Shown here one piece after another: positions 47,272-49,767 of a stretch of 49,767 bases of DNA. The notes under the pieces were generated by a model, which made no database searches, was not told where the DNA came from, and saw only the letters and a list, made by a program, of their open reading frames with translations. The DNA is taken from positions 1 to 49,767 of the forward strand of contig NW_021834183.1 of the NCBI RefSeq assembly GCF_006345805.1, in the 5' to 3' direction. This stretch comes from Octopus sinensis (Eukaryota). A program made the position numbers and the translations under genes. Each line of letters opens with the position of its first letter. The first letter of the stretch is position 1.

Positions 47272-47884
47272 TATTAATACCTGTTCCAATTTTAAACTGG
47301 AAAAATATTAGAATTGAATTATTATGCCATATCTTCGATCATTACTAAAAAATTTTAAATTGATTACCTAAATTTCATTATTATTTCATTTATTTTCAAT
47401 ACAATCATAAGCTTTTCTCAAATTCACTCCAAGAGAAAAACATAGAGACTGCTAATCGCCAAAATTTTCATGTGTTTCAATTATTATTTTTTGTATCGTC
47501 ACAGTATTTGCGATATATTGTTTTTCAGTCATCTAAAACAATTTTCGATGTATTTTGACGAAAAATTTTTTATATGCAACATTGACTTTCGTAATTACAA
47601 ATTATAAGTTTGTATGTGACATTTTAAGGAGGTATTTTGGTCTTGACATCCAATATTTCGCTGTGGACGTTCTAATTCTTTCATTGTCTTACTTATTTTT
47701 GGAAATTTTACATATAGTGGATAATAAAAAATCTTTCTTTTAATTTACAAAAATTTTGGGAAAACTTCTAAAGAATGGTTCTGTTCATTATCTGAGAGAC
47801 CGCTTGATGGTGCCTTTTTAATCTATTAAAATAATATTTTTTTAATTCTCAAATAAAAAATTTTGCGATCAAAAAATTAAGAAT

Positions 47885-49259
47885 TTAAAGCCACGGATGA
47901 ACGTTCCATTTATTATTTTTAGTGTAAATAAGAAATCCTTTGATAGTAAAAAACATGTACGCCCAATTTTTTACCATCTTTATCTATTTATATTAAATTG
48001 TGTCTTTACCCTTTTACTTCCTCTGGCAAATCTGAGACATAAGTTATCTTTGGTGATACAAATTTTTCGAATTTCCTCAAAAGTGTAATTCCAAAGAATC
48101 ATCTCGTTGTTTAATTTAAATGAAATTCCATTATTTCGACTAACCACAAGCCTTCCAACTCTATTCTCAGTCCAAATTTCTATTCGTGAATATAACCAAT
48201 AAATCTACCCCAGCAATAAGAATATTCCATATTTATAGCCCCAGTAACCGCCTTTATAAAACCAGAAATTATTTGTTTTTTCTCATTCGCATCGATCGCT
48301 AGTAATTCGGTGCGCTTTATTCCCAAGATTGAAGCTTGCTTCATCACAATGCACAAAGAGCTAGACCGTTTAGATGTTAAACTGAATTTGTAATTGTGAA
48401 TATACCTGCAATTGATAACAGAGTTACAATTTGTAATCTCATTTGATAAATCTTCAATCTTATGAATGTTGTCGTTAACGTAAACATTTTTATCTGTGAC
48501 CACAAAAGAAACAGGTTTCTTAACCACTCCAGCGGGGGTGGCCACTTTCATGTAAAGCCACGTGAGAATATATATTGAAGAGTTGTGAGATAATTGGTTT
48601 TTTGAAGACTCGATGGAACATATTTTATTATAGAGTTGTGTTTTCGAAGACTCAAAAATGATTCCATGTACCCATTTCGTACAAACTATGGCAAAAGGAA
48701 ATTTTATCGTAAGATTTTTTTTTGATTGGGAACTTTCAATAACCAAAACGTTGTCGTGATGGTCAATCACTCGGCACCCAGATAAAGATATTGAAAATTC
48801 ATTATTTTTCGCGACTGGAAATTGAGATAAATTCCAGAACAAAACGTTGAAAGCGCGATTTCTTTTTTCCCAGTTCAAATATCTTATGCTCATCACATCA
48901 ATAATCACAAATGTTTTGCAAGCTTTAATGCAGGAAACGGCATCACTGTGGATGCTGTCCTCGATATTGTTTCCATTTACGGAAAGAATCACATCACCAA
49001 CTTGTAGTTCTCCTTTTTTTGCAAAGACGCTATTTTTGAAAATTTGGGTGACGATGAGCGGGAAATTTGATTTCGAGCCTCCCTTCACGACAATTCCCAA
49101 TCCATAAAATTTGTCAGGGATAGCGTAAATTTTGCGAATAATAGGTCTGCTCTTTTTGCAAGTCCATTGTAGAGATAATGTCGAATCATGTAACTCGGCA
49201 TAAGAAATTGTCGACTTTGGAAACGCAGACACGATAACTTTACTTTTTAGACAAGTCAT
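47885..49259 (-). CDS. Syntrophin, duplicate
   Basis: Copy of 9277-10651 at offset 38608; introns 48180-48208 and 47984-48009. Confidence 0.78.
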
Positions 49260-49767
49260 GTTTTACGATAAAATTCAACAGACGCATTTAAATATGCGAA
49301 AAATTAAATCAATGGCGATTAACATTGAATAACGTTTTTCATCTAAAGAATGTGATTAGAGAATTACAACAGAACATTAATGGGAATCATGATTCTTTAG
49401 AACTGCGACATTATTTTTAAACTCGACATTTTTTGATTTTACAATCAATTACCTTTATAATAACCACAAATAATTTAGTGAGACCATTTACTACATTTTA
49501 AATACAATTTATTGATCAAAGAGTATTTATAGCAATCTTTCAAGGTAACTCGCTTGCTATCCGCGGTGTGGCCACTGGCGAATCCTAATTTCGATAAACA
49601 CACTTCAATAAAACAGAACCTACATCAGTATAAATTACAATTTTTAAATTACGAAATAGTTTGTAGACGATATTTATCACGTGATTTTGAAATTAATGAA
49701 ATAATCTCGAAAAGCTCATATTTTTCTTATTTTATTAGATAATAGTTCCTACCATTTGATCAGGCTC

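Larger units (their letters stand above)
38572..49767 (+). repeat. Segment A': second copy of 1-11159
   Basis: Near identity apart from indels in the first about 160 nt, a divergent patch at about 39958-40850 and an 8-bp insertion near 46271. Confidence 0.97.

Overview
AT-rich eukaryotic (animal) genomic DNA with very small GT-AG introns, almost all 22-30 nt. A lophotrochozoan-type innexin, an axonemal dynein chain and these introns best fit a dicyemid mesozoan (inference). Architecture: A(1-11159) - B(11271-20980) - C(20981-27103) - B'(27104-36799) - D(36800-38571) - A'(38572-49767). The window therefore ends in an 11.2-kb direct repeat of its own start and holds an internal 9.7-kb duplication. 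Host genes: a CIB-family EF-hand protein, DNAI2, MECR, a syntrophin, an innexin, and very divergent histones H4 and H3. They are interleaved with a Jockey/I-group LINE broken into ORF1, endonuclease and RT blocks, CRE-like and R4-like retroelement remnants, a Ginger-like integrase transposon with a cargo ORF and a non-autonomous derivative, a CGGBP/hAT-like transposase, a hAT MITE, and pogo and Tc1 remnants. The most striking observation is that near-identical LINE copies with different 5' ends terminate 14 nt and 25 nt upstream of the start codons of two different histone genes (H4 and H3). This suggests histone-leader targeting or RT template jumping onto histone mRNAs.
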